A DNA stretch of 64,000 bases from Spongospora subterranea f. sp. subterranea (lineage: Eukaryota), in the NCBI GenBank assembly GCA_049724395.1, contig JAUGWO010000057.1:1-64000 (forward strand), written 5' to 3'. The translations under genes were made by a program, and so were the position numbers. The notes beneath the pieces are model-generated. The model was not told where the DNA came from. It saw only the letters and a list, made by a program, of their open reading frames with translations, and searched no databases. Shown piece after piece: positions 25,813-38,473 of this stretch (the first letter of the stretch is position 1; the number at the start of each line of letters is the position of its first letter).

Positions 25813-27177
25813 TCACAGTCCATGCTGCAACATTCGCGCCCTTCTTCTGCCGATCAAGAACCCTCGCCATAAGGCAAACGCCGCCAGTACCGCCAGGACC
25901 ACATAGAGCAGGATCAGCCAAGTCCCCGGATCCAGCCCATGGATTTTCAGCTCTTCTTTCTGCTGTTCGATCGGTTTACAGAAATACGTTTGTGTCACCG
26001 TCTCAAACGCGGTTTCAACGGTACAGCGTTGGTATTTGTCGACACAGAACCCAGGCAACAGCCGGTTGTCGCTGTTTTCGCATATGCACGTGCACGCAGC
26101 GTAATCGAACGTCCCTCTAGCGCATCCACCGTTTGGAGGAAAGCAATCGGTACCAACACTGGAACGCGTCCCGCATTCCAACAGCTCATGGACGTGGCGA
26201 ACGTCTTTTGGAGATTCCATAAATGAAATCAACTGGGAGTTGGTCACGATCCAGACGTTGTCGAACTGCAATATCTGCGCGATGAATTTCTCGAGGGCCT
26301 CGACGTTTGCTCCATCTTCCAACAAATACTTGCCGGATAACGGTATGGCCATTGGTGCCCGATTTCCATAGAACGACGCTCCGAAGTTGAAGACCAGGCT
26401 GGCAGCCCAATCCGGATTTGAGAATATGGCGTCGGCTGGTGACGACGATTTCGTCGTCTTCACCGACTTATTGTGGCGATCCCTGAATTCCCAGACGGGG
26501 ATTTCGATGACGCCGGGATGCTGCTCTCGAGCGTCGCACAAAACATCCGGATCATTACAGTCCTGGACGATGCCAAAATCCATCGAATATGGCCAGTTAC
26601 GAAGGCTGGGGCTCTGACTCGATTCACGAATGCTGTGATCATACCGAAACCCAACGTCTTTGAGGACGGATCGGCTGGCGATTCCGTTGCTCCATTGGGG
26701 CGACCTGAACCCAATAATGGACGATTCCGGAATGCTGGCGGACGACACCAACCAGGATTTCGCCTTCTGTATCTGCTCGGCAATGTTGCCGCCTTCCGCC
26801 GCCGCTGATACGGCGATCTCAAAATATCGATTGAACGCGTTCCTGATCATCCCCGGATCGGAATGCTCCGAGCGAATATACCAAGTGATTGGGATGGCGC
26901 ACCCGTTTGAGTTTTGGTGCTTCATGGTCATGTCGATGATACGTCGAAACATCGATTCGGTGACGATTTCGTCGGTGTACAGGACGACGAATTGCGGCGT
27001 GTCGGAAACTGCCAAATCCGCTGGTGCCGACGTGGAAGGGCAGATGCATTCAGGGGGGAGGCACGTGTCTGGGCACGGTTCCATGGCCAGGCATATTGAC
27101 GCCTGGACACACAGGAGAGATATAATCAGACTAGTTATAGGCGGAGTCCATTTAAATACGAAGGGAGATCGGATCAT
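25813..27177 (-). CDS. CE4 polysaccharide/chitin deacetylase-like membrane protein, probably catalytically degenerate
   Basis: Signal peptide; C..C.PP.C.C...TPQFVVL; NSNGCAIPITWY; IGFRSP; WPYSMDFG; IEIPVW; FYGNRAPM; NVWIVTNSQLISFM; Cys-rich EGF-like segment; C-terminal TM followed by RRRAR. Intronless. Confidence 0.88.
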   Translation of the reverse strand: MIRSPFVFKWTPPITSLIISLLCVQASICLAMEPCPDTCLPPECICPSTSAPADLAVSDTPQFVVLYTDEIVTESMFRRIIDMTMKHQNSNGCAIPITWYIRSEHSDPGMIRNAFNRYFEIAVSAAAEGGNIAEQIQKAKSWLVSSASIPESSIIGFRSPQWSNGIASRSVLKDVGFRYDHSIRESSQSPSLRNWPYSMDFGIVQDCNDPDVLCDAREQHPGVIEIPVWEFRDRHNKSVKTTKSSSPADAIFSNPDWAASLVFNFGASFYGNRAPMAIPLSGKYLLEDGANVEALEKFIAQILQFDNVWIVTNSQLISFMESPKDVRHVHELLECGTRSSVGTDCFPPNGGCARGTFDYAACTCICENSDNRLLPGFCVDKYQRCTVETAFETVTQTYFCKPIEQQKEELKIHGLDPGTWLILLYVVLAVLAAFALWRGFLIGRRRARMLQHGL

Positions 27178-27499
27178 TAACAATTGTTTAGGAATCGCAG
27201 GACATATTATTTGATTGAGTCAATATCTCTGCACACCTAATGGCCCGGTCAATCAGAGTGAGTCAATGGCGCTGCAGAAAATGACCCCAAACCCCGCTGC
27301 TGCCACCAGTATTGAGAGTCCAACGCGCGTTGCCCTTCCGGTATTGGAACTTGATCAAATCGCCAAGTATTCGGTGGTGGCTCTGGGAGAACCGAGAAAC
27401 GAATCAGCGGCCAAATGTTGTGTTGCCTTCGTTTCTTGTCTGTTTCCAAGTTGCTTGAAGATAGTTATATTACTGACGCTCTCGAAAGGACGCTCTCGA

Positions 27500-28580
27500 G
27501 GCTCAAGAGCGTGCTTGACGCACCCCGAAAATGACGAATCCCACGCCTTCTGCTGATATGATTGTCCGCAACACTTGACGGAATGAAGAAATGAATGACG
27601 TCGGTTCGGAATATTGCTTGATATTAACTCGTGCTATCCCACTGAGTACTTTTGTCGAGTACTTCACAATGTTCAGCGATACTTCTTGCATAACCTAACA
27701 GAAGCCTACCACCTTTTGGATCCCGGATTGGCAAGCGAGCACCGCATTAGCTAAACCCTGAAACATTCAAGTTGGCGTAAAACCCGCCTCGTGTGCCATG
27801 AATGAGCAACGCTCCCGAGAGTCAATCTCCCTGCAACGCGCTCAGTATGGTGACCGTAGAGGCATGGCGAAGATTCGACAAAACAATGTCCATATGAGGA
27901 ATGGGCCAAATGGTTCGTTCAAATATTGAGTTCAACAGCATTGTCCTTTCAACAACGACCCAATATGCTGATGCTGATCGGGCATGTGAGTTCCGATAGA
28001 CGAAACCGTTCCTCTCGAGTTCTGTAGTGCGGTCGTGTACAAACGTCTGGTGTAAGGGAAGACAGCGCCGGGTGGTGAATCGAATATGTGGGCGATCGTG
28101 TTTGAGTTAAAGCTTCACGGGTTCATCCTTGGCAGGGGATCTCGTCCGACCTTATGGCGTTGAAAATCGGCATGATTGCGAACAAGGTTGCCGAGTTGTC
28201 TCTTGTTAGCCAGGCCGATTCCGTCTTGTAGCTCTGGCTATCATGTTGTCGATTGCTTGAGTACGTTCGCTGTTAGTCGACTCCTCAATATCCACATCAG
28301 GTAGTCGTCGCTTGGGTTGTCCTGTACAAACTCAACCATTGTAGTTCGCTTGAGATGAGCTGGACGTTGAGTCTCCACAGGAGCGGTCCAGGTGACGATT
28401 GTTACGTGCAAATTGGAAAGCGGACTGAGAGCGAACTTTACTCAAGCAATCGACAACATGATCGTCAGGTCTATAAAAGACGGAATCGGCCTGGCTGACA
28501 AGAAACAACTCACCAATCTTGTTCACAAACACGCAGATATTTGGCGCATCAAGCTCGGGCGAAATCCAACCCGTGAACCT
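27500..28580. mobile_element. Degenerate Ty3/Gypsy pol relic (RT on - strand ~28270-27500) with a diverged inverted partial copy (+, ~28430-28580)
   Basis: The minus strand reads ELERNGFVYRN...WPIPHMDIVL...MFQGLANAV...LLGYARS...IISAEGV with stops and frameshifts. 28115-28270 and 28430-28580 are reverse-complement homologues. Confidence 0.7.
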
Positions 28581-29056
28581 TCATTGCACCTGACGTTTCT
28601 TCCAATCGATTCGTTTGGTCGGCAACGTGTTCAGAATGTCGTGATTTTTTTTTATCAGATTGGGTGATTCAATCGCGGGGGGCCAGCCTATCGATAGCGG
28701 TTGTGGCGATCATCCCTGGGCCACGATGATGGCGCCATTGGCATGGGTTGTTGCTGACTGATCCCCAGACCCCTGAGATGGGGCCGGCCCATGACCCAAC
28801 ACAGGGCAGTCACAGGGCCAGTCTGAACCCCCTTCCCTGTATGTTGAGCTGTGAGGGCTGCTCCCTGTCTTATGTTTCAACACTCCTCTCCTAATCAACA
28901 CGTCTTCATATCAACGGGGGTCAATGTGTTGGATATCAGATCGTAATCTGCAGGAGTTCGTGGGGACCTCATGAGTTAGATATACTCAACGTCGGTGATT
29001 GATTTTGGGGGCAGCGATCTCGGACCAGACAGGCAAACGTTCATGTGGCATTAGCG

Positions 29057-31690
29057 ATGGAGCAAGCTAGCCATGTGCAACCCGCCCAGGCCAAAGTGCC
29101 GTTGATTCGGTACATATTGCAGGCCGAGTTCGATATTGATAAGGGAAGCATCGTGCGGCACCAAGTTCCAGGGCCAACAGGTATCCCTGAGGGGTTTTTA
29201 GCGGAGTCAATGCTCCCAGAAGGTGGCCATCTACATGAGACCGACTGGACCATATTTTTCCTCCGTCCAGAAGTGAAACAAGAGGCCAGGCCACTTGACC
29301 AAAAACTTGGAGAAAGCAACGAAGCAATAAGAATACTCCCATTACAGCAGCAATGTCAGATTGAGGTTTGTGAGTATTCGTGGGAAGTTGCCTGCTATGT
29401 GATGAACCCAGCCGATGCACAATATAATCCCCTGCTGAGTAATTCCGATCTGGTCGTCGTTCGGTTTCGTGTTGCCAAAACGGCCACCCAGATGACCGCC
29501 CCGGAATACACGTTGGACGTTGAAGGAACTGATGGAGTTATCCTTAGGTCTATTGCTGTCACAGGCGATCTACGCTATGCTTTCAGAGATGAGGACCGAT
29601 TCGCTGTCGTTAACTTTGATTCGGAGTGCGTCTGCAGTTTATCTTTGCAGTTCCAAACGCAAGACGATATATTGCGCTTCGAATCCATAATCTGCAAAGT
29701 TCTGGATTCGACTTCAGGCAACGTGTATGCATGGGAAGCGGCCAACGACGCCGCCCAAGACGTATTGCTGGATCCCGAATTAGAGCAACGCTTTTCGCAA
29801 TTGAAAGAAGTGGATCAATCGATGCTCATCTGCATCAATCTAGTCCATACAAAGAAGATCCAATCGGTGCGAAGAGGGGCTGTTGTCAAAGCACTCACGT
29901 TCGTAACATCGAGGCGTTTTGTCGATATGTTTCGCCCTTTAATGGTCAAGGCGCTGGATGAAATATTCTCTATGTCTGATGAGAGTTCCGTTCTGTCTTT
30001 TCTTCGAAACCTGTTCGAAACAATGAATGACGCCTCATGTCCTACGGTTCAAGCGACTGCACTTCACAGCAGGGTCGTTCGGGGTTTATGCGGCTTCGGG
30101 CAGACATGTCCAACAACATCATTTGACGTTACATTATGTGGAGAAACTTTCAATCTGCGAATGCCCATTGTTCACGTGTTTGAAGAGGAGCTTGGGGGAG
30201 TAAGCGTTATGGAACTGGTCCGGACGTTTGGGGAATCAGTAATGTTTCTTTATAACTCGGTCTTCCTAGGCCGTCGAATTCTATTTCTAGGGCACAACCT
30301 TGCTGCTTCCCTCGTATCGCGGTTTGTCCTCGCCGCTGCTGCGTTAGTAAGACCGATGTCTGCCGGGATTCTACAGAGGCTCTTCCCTTATGCTCATCTA
30401 ACTGATTTGACGTTTTTACGAACGCCGGGATTTATTGCTGGAGTCACTAATCCCATTTTCGCCAACCACTGGGAGTGGTTCGATGTTCTTGCAGATATGA
30501 AGCAAGGCACAGTACAAGTCAAGTCTGGTCAACCTTCGCAAAGTTCCAGCGCAGGTGCAACGTCCACTTCTCCAAATATTTCGTCTAATGCGGAGAAGGC
30601 AGCTGATTCTGTCAACGCATCACATGAGAATATTGATGGAGAAGTCTATGCACAAATCACTTGCGGCGGATTGTATCTCTTTGGCGAAAATTTTACTAGA
30701 GCCGTATTCCAAGATCACACCATCTCGTTGTTGGATCAGGTCGCCTCTAAGGAGCTGTTTCGCGATGATTGTCGCCGACGGTTAACTTTTGACGCAAATG
30801 CCTCACGACTTGCCGAGTACAGAACTAGCAAGCACCACGAATTTCATGATGTATACCAGAAATTCTTCCAGCGGCATTCGCTATTTGGAAGGCATCTTAG
30901 TACTCTTAAAACGGTATTTTATGTAGTGCACTTGTAATAATTCTTATTTTAATTGAAACATTTTCAGTCAGTCAGGCTACTGCAAGTTCGTAAATTGCCA
31001 CCACGTCAAATCCAATCGATTTTAGAGGAACTTACAGCCAGACTCTCGACAGAAGAGCATGTGTGGCAATTTCTCGATCTCGTGCCGGAATGCCGGTCGG
31101 GGTTGCTTCCAATCGCCACTTGTTTGTTCGGAGATCAACAGGTGCAAAAAGCGGCTGTTGAATTATTGGAACTCATTGAACCAACCGGAGTTGGTTCCCG
31201 GGCTCTTGATCAACTGCCCGTGATGATGCTTTTAGCGTACAGAAGGCTGAAGCGAGGGAAGAAGACGCTTCAACCTCTGGATCCTCTCCAACAGTTCTGC
31301 GACACAGTACCAGTATTAAGGACTTTCGACCGGCTTCCAAACCGCCAATCTGGATCCGTCAGCGATCCTTCTCCGTCTCATTGCTACCGAGGATTTTCTG
31401 ATGCCGCTGCCTGGAAAGGGGCGCCTAATTATGATTCCAACTACAAAGGAACCCAGATCGATCTGAAAATCTGTTCACCGTCTCACGAGTCTGACGCAGT
31501 CATTCTTCAGAAACGCGAATCTGCTTCCAAAATCTCGGTGGACGACAATAGAGAAAGCGGAGCTACCAACGGATTGGTGGAATCCAGCGATGATGAAGTA
31601 TTTTCCAACCAATCCATCTTGAATTTAGAGACAAATTTTACCATTGACGAATATAATTTCAACAACATTGACACCGTCAACGACGATTAA
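29057..31690 (+). CDS. Afi1/MesA-type DENN-family protein (Afi1 N-terminal + SPA domain)
   Basis: YILQAEFDIDKGSIVRHQVP...LAESMLPEGGH...DWTIFFL; LINLV...VRRGAVVKAL; RRILFLGH...RLFPYAHL...GFIAGVTNPIF...WFDVL. One intron at ~30914-30968. Confidence 0.85.
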
Positions 31691-31704
31691 ACCATAAATA
31701 ATTT

Positions 31705-32018
31705 AATATCAGTGCAGTTAATGTTGCGTATGGGCAATGGATAGTCAGTCTGACGAATATCACTTCGGCATTGACCCAGTCAAGCAGTTAAGTCATGTTG
31801 CGTATATATGGTTTTAGTCAGAACGAGATAATCTGGGTGAGGATTACCCACGGTCGGCATTGACACCGATCAGCCGACATTGATATCAGCGCAGTTACTG
31901 TCGCGTATGGGCATGGATCATGCACATTGCCCAGCCCGTCTGACGAATATCACGGCCTTGATCCAGTCAAGCCGTTAACGTTGCGTACATGGGTTGACGA
32001 GATAATCGGGGCGAGAGG
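31705..32018. repeat. Diverged direct duplication (~140 bp x2) upstream of V-ATPase d
   Basis: atatcag.gcagtta.tgt.gcgtatgggca...gtctgacgaatatcac...ccagtcaagc.gttaa...gttgcgta...acgagataatc occurs at ~31705-31845 and at ~31882-32018. Confidence 0.85.
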
Positions 32019-32101
32019 AACACACCCAGCGGGGGAGAGGGGCGGAGGGCTGTTCTTGTGACTCTGCGCATTAAGTCACAGTGGGTTATTGGGCCTAAAG
32101 T

Positions 32102-33642
32102 ATGACAGATGATCGATTAGATTTCTACGAGGAAGAATCATATATTCGGTCGACCAGCTCCCCAGGGTCTCTCCTCACATTCAATATCAATTACGGGTAG
32201 ACCGCACCCATTAGCAGATAGATTGTTCGGCCCCGCTCATCTACGCTCCACAGGTTCCTTGAAGCCCAATTTCGCGGATTTCGCTCCGGTTTTCTTTCCG
32301 ATTTGCACTATCGACAATTATGTCAATGTGAAACCTTGGGTAGTGGCAACTCGTTCATGGACTGTTATTTTTCTCAAAACAATGCAGATGATGTTAAGTT
32401 GACTTTATCCGATACCGATTATGCGTCATCGCTTCAAGCGCTGCAGGTTCCAAAACTAACGCCGGAATTAGTTGTTGACACATGTTCTGCTAAGCTACAT
32501 AAGGTTATGATAGTGGCTGTAATATTTCTGTTGCTGAGAATCTCGTAGGAATATGATTACATTCGCTCACAAGCAACCGGAGCAATGGCTACATTCATGG
32601 ATTTAGTTGTTTTTGAGTTTATGATCGACAATATCTCATTCTTAATTCTCAGCTTAATCAAAGGAGGTAATCATAACGCGAATTGCCGAATCAAACAGCA
32701 TCATTCACCCCATGATTAGGAGCGCCAGACGAGCTTTTGGCTAAGTGTAATCCTATGGGAAGGTTTCCTCGAATCAAGGTACAGAAATGTCTGTATGCTT
32801 TCCAGCATTCTCATTCTTTGTTAACCAGTCAATCCTCACTTTTGAGAACACGGAAGAAGGATTCTTAGATTTGTATTCAACAGTTCTTGTTGATACTCCT
32901 GTGGCGTGTTATTTTGAAAAATATTTCGAAATAATCGCACCGGTATCGTCTGATTCGTTTCCGTTCGAACATATGCACAAAACGTTTTCTGAAGAAGATA
33001 TCGATGTAATCAACGATGTTCTTAAGAGGTTGACGCTACTGATATTGCTAATATCGTCACGGAAAACTCACAGCCCATAACAGGCTGTGGTTGGAAGACT
33101 TCTATGCGTATTGTTCTAAACTCGGAGGCGAAACATGGACAGTCATGAAGCCACTGCTTGAATTTGAAGTAGATCGACGAGCTATATGCATTATGATCAA
33201 CTCGTTCTCCACGCCGTTGAATGACCCGGTTCGCAGAGCGGAGCGTACCAAGTTGTTTGCAACGTTCGGCACTCTATATCCGAGTGGAATTGACAAATTC
33301 GCACAAGTCGGAGATATGTCGCAGCTTGGTGGAGTATTAGAAGATTACAAGCTTTTCTCGCAGTTATGGCAAAAAGCACACAACGAAGGCAAAGAGTAGG
33401 CCTTGTTTGAAATGCACTTATGGTGATAATGATCTATATTATTCAGAATTGAAGATGTTTTGTATGAGCGAGAAGTGGAATTAAATCGAGAGGCTTTCCA
33501 AGGGCAATCACATTTTGCATTCATATGGGCATATATTAAATTAAAAGAGCAAGAGCGAAGAAACTTGTTTTGGATAAGCGAATGTATCAATCAACAACAG
33601 AAAGACCCATCTATAATTAATCGATGGATTTCTCCTTTCTAA
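32102..33642 (+). CDS. VMA6: V-type H+-ATPase V0 subunit d
   Basis: TFNINYG/FLEAQFRGFRSG...YRQLCQCETL/DDVKL, LYSTVLVDTP, LEDFY, LLEFEVDRRAI.IMINSF, YIKLKEQERRNLFWISECI; many short introns. Confidence 0.95.
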
Positions 33643-33668
33643 ACTCTGCAGTTCTTTCAGCTTTCTTG

Positions 33669-35130
33669 TTAATAAACGTTGTAGGTAATAATTGTCTGTA
33701 AAATAATCAGTTTCACATTCCCATAGCAACTTGAAACAAAAACTAACTCCTTTTCATACGAATCTTGTGGCTGCACGTCAAAGTTCAATAATCGTGTTTC
33801 GCCATGTATCATTGTGTCGAAATCTTTCTCATTGAGCCCTTTCGCGAGAACCGCGTTCTTCAGACGTTGTGGGGGTTCATCAGGCGGTTCTTCAGTGCTA
33901 TTTTCTCTGTTAATTAACGCAAGCTCAAGATTGCAATATGGTTACAGTAAAAATGTCCCCCAATGCATCCCGATCGATTGTCGGGATTTCAAATCAACAT
34001 GGACATCCACCGCGTCTTCCGGAGAGAGATGCATTGTAGACGTGAACCACCTCGGCGAATAAGCTCCAATGGGAATAAGAGACAGATCCAATGGACCAAA
34101 AAATTCACCAATCTCTTGAAATACAGGGCATCTAGGAAGATCTTCCTCACAGCCTATATAACCACGAGGAACATTTCGGTATCCTGAAACAAAAGTCCAT
34201 GAGCGCAAACCTGAAAAGAAAATGGAAATAGATTACCAGTATCGCCAGCAAAGAAAAGCTTCCTTGTGGTTTCTCCATGGTTGATGTTCACAAGATAGCT
34301 GGAGCATAAAGTACTTCCTCGATCCCACAATGTTCGCCCTGAGGTATGCTGTACAGGAAGATTAACAATGTCGACTTTGCCCATTTGGGTGTTAGAGGTT
34401 GAGTGATGCCACCATCCCATCTCAACGTAGTTCTCAATACCACAATTTTCCATCAAAGAGCCAACACCGCTGGGGACGAAAAACACCGGATTGAAGGCTT
34501 GTTGTAGTGATACAACAGTATCGGAGCACAGGTGATCATAATGGTTGTGTGACACAAGCACAATATCTATGTCAGGAAGAAGTGGCACTAATTTAGACAA
34601 AGAACCGCCGGGAACGGGAACAATTCTTTTAGGTCCAACAAACTGTAGGGCCGATGCTCTTTCATTGAAGATGGGATCAGTCAAGATGTTCAAACCGCCA
34701 ATCTACAAAAGTTGTAAGTACTATCCCATAGATGATTATGGACAATATCAAACTGACTTGTAACAAGAATGATGAATGGCCAAGCCTAACAGAGAACGCA
34801 ACCCAATCAGAAAATGGACATCTGTGCAATAGTCGATCGAGATTACCAGGTGATACGTGCTCTATCAAGTGATAAATTATGTTCGTCCTTCAACGACGGC
34901 CAGTCAGGATGCTGGAGAGGCAGCGTCACACGCCCCCATAACCAATCTGAACACAGCATTTGCAAAAACGATGGCCAAAACTGCCCTTGGAACGCTGAAT
35001 CCCACGGCAAAACATAAAGGCCATTTTGTATGTGATTATTATTGATGGTCGCTGAGGGAACCGGAACCGGCCTCGAGAACAATAACGGCGCCATCGCTCG
35101 ATAATGTCGGGTTTGTAACCTGCTCAACAT
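33669..35130 (-). CDS. NAPE-PLD-like metallo-beta-lactamase-fold hydrolase
   Basis: ITW/LGHSSFLLQ, ILTDPIFNERAS, SHNHYDHL, PVQHTSGR, FFAGDTG, PIGAYSPRWF, HLSPEDAV, GMHWGTFLL/TEEPPDEPP. The 3' end is ambiguous (33669 unspliced, or 33617 with one more intron). Confidence 0.92.
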
Positions 35131-35523
35131 TTCCGGCACATACGGTTACGAGATCGAACCGCCTGCTTGACAATTATTACGGACTTCCCATTGGGAAACT
35201 CGACCTTTGGGATCGTGACAATATATATGGCGCCTTGTCCTAACCGGATCACCCCCTGGTGCCTTGGCCCACAATTTGATGTTTGCTCGGCGTGGCTGTT
35301 TAATAAATGATCCTTTATTACATGTCATTGCGTCCGTTTATCAATCACGAGCCATGCGATTTCGTTACGTGTCTGTTGATGGTGTTGGGCCGCGCTTCAC
35401 CAGTTGAATGTGTGTAACCCCCCACTACTACTAAAGTAGGAGTCCCATATCGCTGAACTCAGACAGACTCCGTATCCAGATCGTTATTGGTCGTGTTTTG
35501 ACGGCGGTGGCAAATGATCAGAT

Positions 35524-37186
35524 ATGGAACCTGTCGATCAAGGCGTCGAGCAAGCGATATACTGTCTTGTGCAGTCTGTCGTCGACCAGGTCTGCCTTCG
35601 ATCTGATACCGATGGCCGGGTTCTGAATAATGAAAATCTCTCTGAGAAATTACCTCCGTTCACGGTGGCTTCTAAGCAGCTCTCCGATCCTTTAAGTTCG
35701 CCTAAACAATCAAATTTGTTTGTATCTGCTCTATCGCGGAAGCAGCAAACTGGCGCTGGTAAATTCTTTGCCAAGGCACTAATGTCTCAGCGAGATCACC
35801 AAGATGACTCGTCATCTGAAAGTGATTCATCAACGGTCGAATCTATTTTTAAACATACAATCGCGAGAACTATGTCGCCCAAAAGGCGTGAAGAAGTGCC
35901 AAACATATCGTTTTGGCAATTTATTACTATGCAGCTAGAATCCAACGAAACTAATGACGAATCTTTATTGCTTCCCACCTCAAGCGCTTTAAGGCTTGCA
36001 CGCGTCCCAATGCGACTGGAGAAACTGATGTACGAATTCTCAATTTCACCGCATTCGTGAATATTGAATCTGGTTTAGGGCGGTAGGGTTTTTTATCTGT
36101 ATGGATGAGTTTTTGTACTGTTTTACTCTATTACCACTGCGTCTACTTATATCAACTTTGCAAATTTGTAAGGTTGCTCCAAGCGATGTTATCCGCACGG
36201 TTCTGCTTGCAAGCTGCTTCTTGTTACTCTCCATGTTGAATATCACTTTCTCGAGTATCTATCATCTTATTCGAGGTCAAAACTTCTTCAAATTGTACGT
36301 TTTATTCAACATTCTAAACATTTTCGATAAACTTTGCTGTTCATTCGGTGAAGACATCCTCGATGCCCTTTTCGCCAATGCAAATACTCGACTTTTTTCA
36401 AGGTTTACTGCTTTAGATTTAATAATCGCATCTGTTTACATCGTGGTACACTCGTTGGTGTTATACCTTCAAATCGTGAGCCTTAACGTCGCTATCAACT
36501 CGAATAATTCATCGCTCGTTACTCTGCTTATTTCGAATAACTTCTTGGAACTCAAGGGTAGCGCTTTCAAGAAATACACGAAAGCCCAGCTTTTCCAAAT
36601 TGCATCGAGCGACATCGTTGAAAGATTTCATTTACTGCTTTATGTAATGGTAATTCTGGTGGCAAACCTGTCCAATATTGCCTGGTATGCCGCCTGGGAA
36701 TGGCTGGTTCAAGCGACGCAACTGGCTTTAATCCTGCTGTCTATTGAAATGGTCGTAGATTGGATCAAGCATGGCTGCATTGTGAAGTTCAATTCGTTCC
36801 CTGCTGAAATTTACGGAGAGTTCTGTGATGTGTTATTTTCCGACTTTGGGTTTCACAGATCGCTGTCAGCCGTTCCTGACTCTACACATTCAGTTTCTCG
36901 ACGTATTGGGTTTGTTTCGATGCCCATAGCCTGCGTTCTCCTTAAGGGCCTTGTTGGGTCCTTATGGGGTCCTGTTATAAAATTGTTCCAAACGCCCATC
37001 TTTGCGTCCTTGGTTTGCCTCATCACGTTCACCATAGTGGTGGCCTTCAAACTGTGTCTTCATTTGTTTCTCCTCGGTCTATCGGCAAAGACCACGCTAA
37101 ACACACCTAGGCATATTGACTCTTTTCATGGCGTGGAACGCTATTCACTCTTTGTCGCACCCCCTCAAGGCAATTTCTTCTCTTAA
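35524..37186 (+). CDS. TAPT1: TAPT1/EMP65/POD1-family (DUF747) ER membrane protein
   Basis: VPMRLEKL, CMDEFLYCFTLLPLR, IYHLIRGQNFFKLYVLFN, LNVAINS, LLISNNFLELKGSAFKK, SDIVERF, VDWIKH; one intron at ~36030-36079. Confidence 0.93.
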
Positions 37187-37264
37187 CCCCCAAATATTTC
37201 TACTCAACAATTCATGGTATATATTTAAGCTCGATTCACACTCAATCCCAATACATCAAATCGG

Positions 37265-38473
37265 TTAAGCAATTCTTTGACCTTTGAATAGTGTCTTTGG
37301 GACCCATTGACTAACAGGTGCCAGCCCAACCCTTTTTTTTGCCAAATCGAACACGGTAAAGTATTTCGTCAAAAACATATCACCCAGAATGAAAGCGTTT
37401 GCATCTGGGAAATCCATGGCGGACCATCCAGGAGAGCATTCTGCTTGTTCGCAAATAACGTACTCTGTTCCTTCAATGACATACTCTTTCCCTTCGATAC
37501 TGAACTCAACACTTGGCAAATCTTGGATCAACGTCCCAGGAATAAAGTCAACGGCCATTCGTTCCAGAACGGCAGTGGGTGCAGTGAAAGCGGTTGATCC
37601 TGAATCTAAAATGCCAATGCAAGGCGTCTCATCTGAGCATTGTGGTAAATTTTCGCCACCGATGGCGATATTTGTGATTGGAACTGCCCAAAACCCGTCC
37701 CCCCAAACTTCTATCCATGTCAACGGGCCTTTGTAAAGGTCGCTGCTTGGACGCCCGAAGATCAACTCGCTTTGATGAAGAGACTCATCCTGTGAGAAAT
37801 AAAAAGCGAATTGTCCATGAGGAATAAGGTTCTGGCTCTGCATGTTATATATCAACGGCTTGTTCTTCTTGAAATCTTCGCCTTGATCAAACGAAGAAAG
37901 ACCGCGAAGCGACATGCCAATAATTCCATCAAGAACGCCTTCTTCAAAAACAGAACCTTCTTCTGATTCTATCAACCCCATTGATTGATGCTTGACGTGG
38001 GTGTGCAGTAATTGGACTTCATCGTAGCCGATCTCACCTATAACTGTACCGGAACCATATTGACACAACGTTTCGAGATCGCTTGCAATAAAGGTGGTAG
38101 ACTTCTCGGGATTGAAGACGTTGTCTTCTTTCAGGCAATTATCGTCTTGACACCGAGAAGACGACACCCACATTTCGGAGGATCCAGTATCGAACACAAC
38201 GTTCAGCAGCTGTGGAGGCGAGCCGATAAATATTTGTCCCAGATACTCGTGGATCTTGGAGTCAATGAGGTCAACATCGTATGGATGGCGCTTGGGCCGG
38301 TGAGATAATCGCTGATGATGAGCTTGAAGTGATTTTATATACGATCGTTTACGATCAGTTGCCTTCGTATTGTGCACCAAACCCAAACGTCGTCCCGAAT
38401 GTGCTTGGATACTGAGGCAAAGGCAATACAATACTAATGTCGCCAAAACAAATCGCCAACATCCTGCAGCCAT
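37265..38473 (-). CDS. Secreted pepsin-like (A1) aspartic protease
   Basis: Signal peptide, basic propeptide, catalytic FDTGSS and LDSGST, QYGSG flap, ILGDMFL..YFTVFD. Intronless. Confidence 0.95.
   Translation of the reverse strand: MAAGCWRFVLATLVLYCLCLSIQAHSGRRLGLVHNTKATDRKRSYIKSLQAHHQRLSHRPKRHPYDVDLIDSKIHEYLGQIFIGSPPQLLNVVFDTGSSEMWVSSSRCQDDNCLKEDNVFNPEKSTTFIASDLETLCQYGSGTVIGEIGYDEVQLLHTHVKHQSMGLIESEEGSVFEEGVLDGIIGMSLRGLSSFDQGEDFKKNKPLIYNMQSQNLIPHGQFAFYFSQDESLHQSELIFGRPSSDLYKGPLTWIEVWGDGFWAVPITNIAIGGENLPQCSDETPCIGILDSGSTAFTAPTAVLERMAVDFIPGTLIQDLPSVEFSIEGKEYVIEGTEYVICEQAECSPGWSAMDFPDANAFILGDMFLTKYFTVFDLAKKRVGLAPVSQWVPKTLFKGQRIA

Noticed and set aside
28703..28881. Possible solo LTR (TG...CA after a G-rich tract)
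   Set aside because: No partner LTR or target-site duplication was identified.
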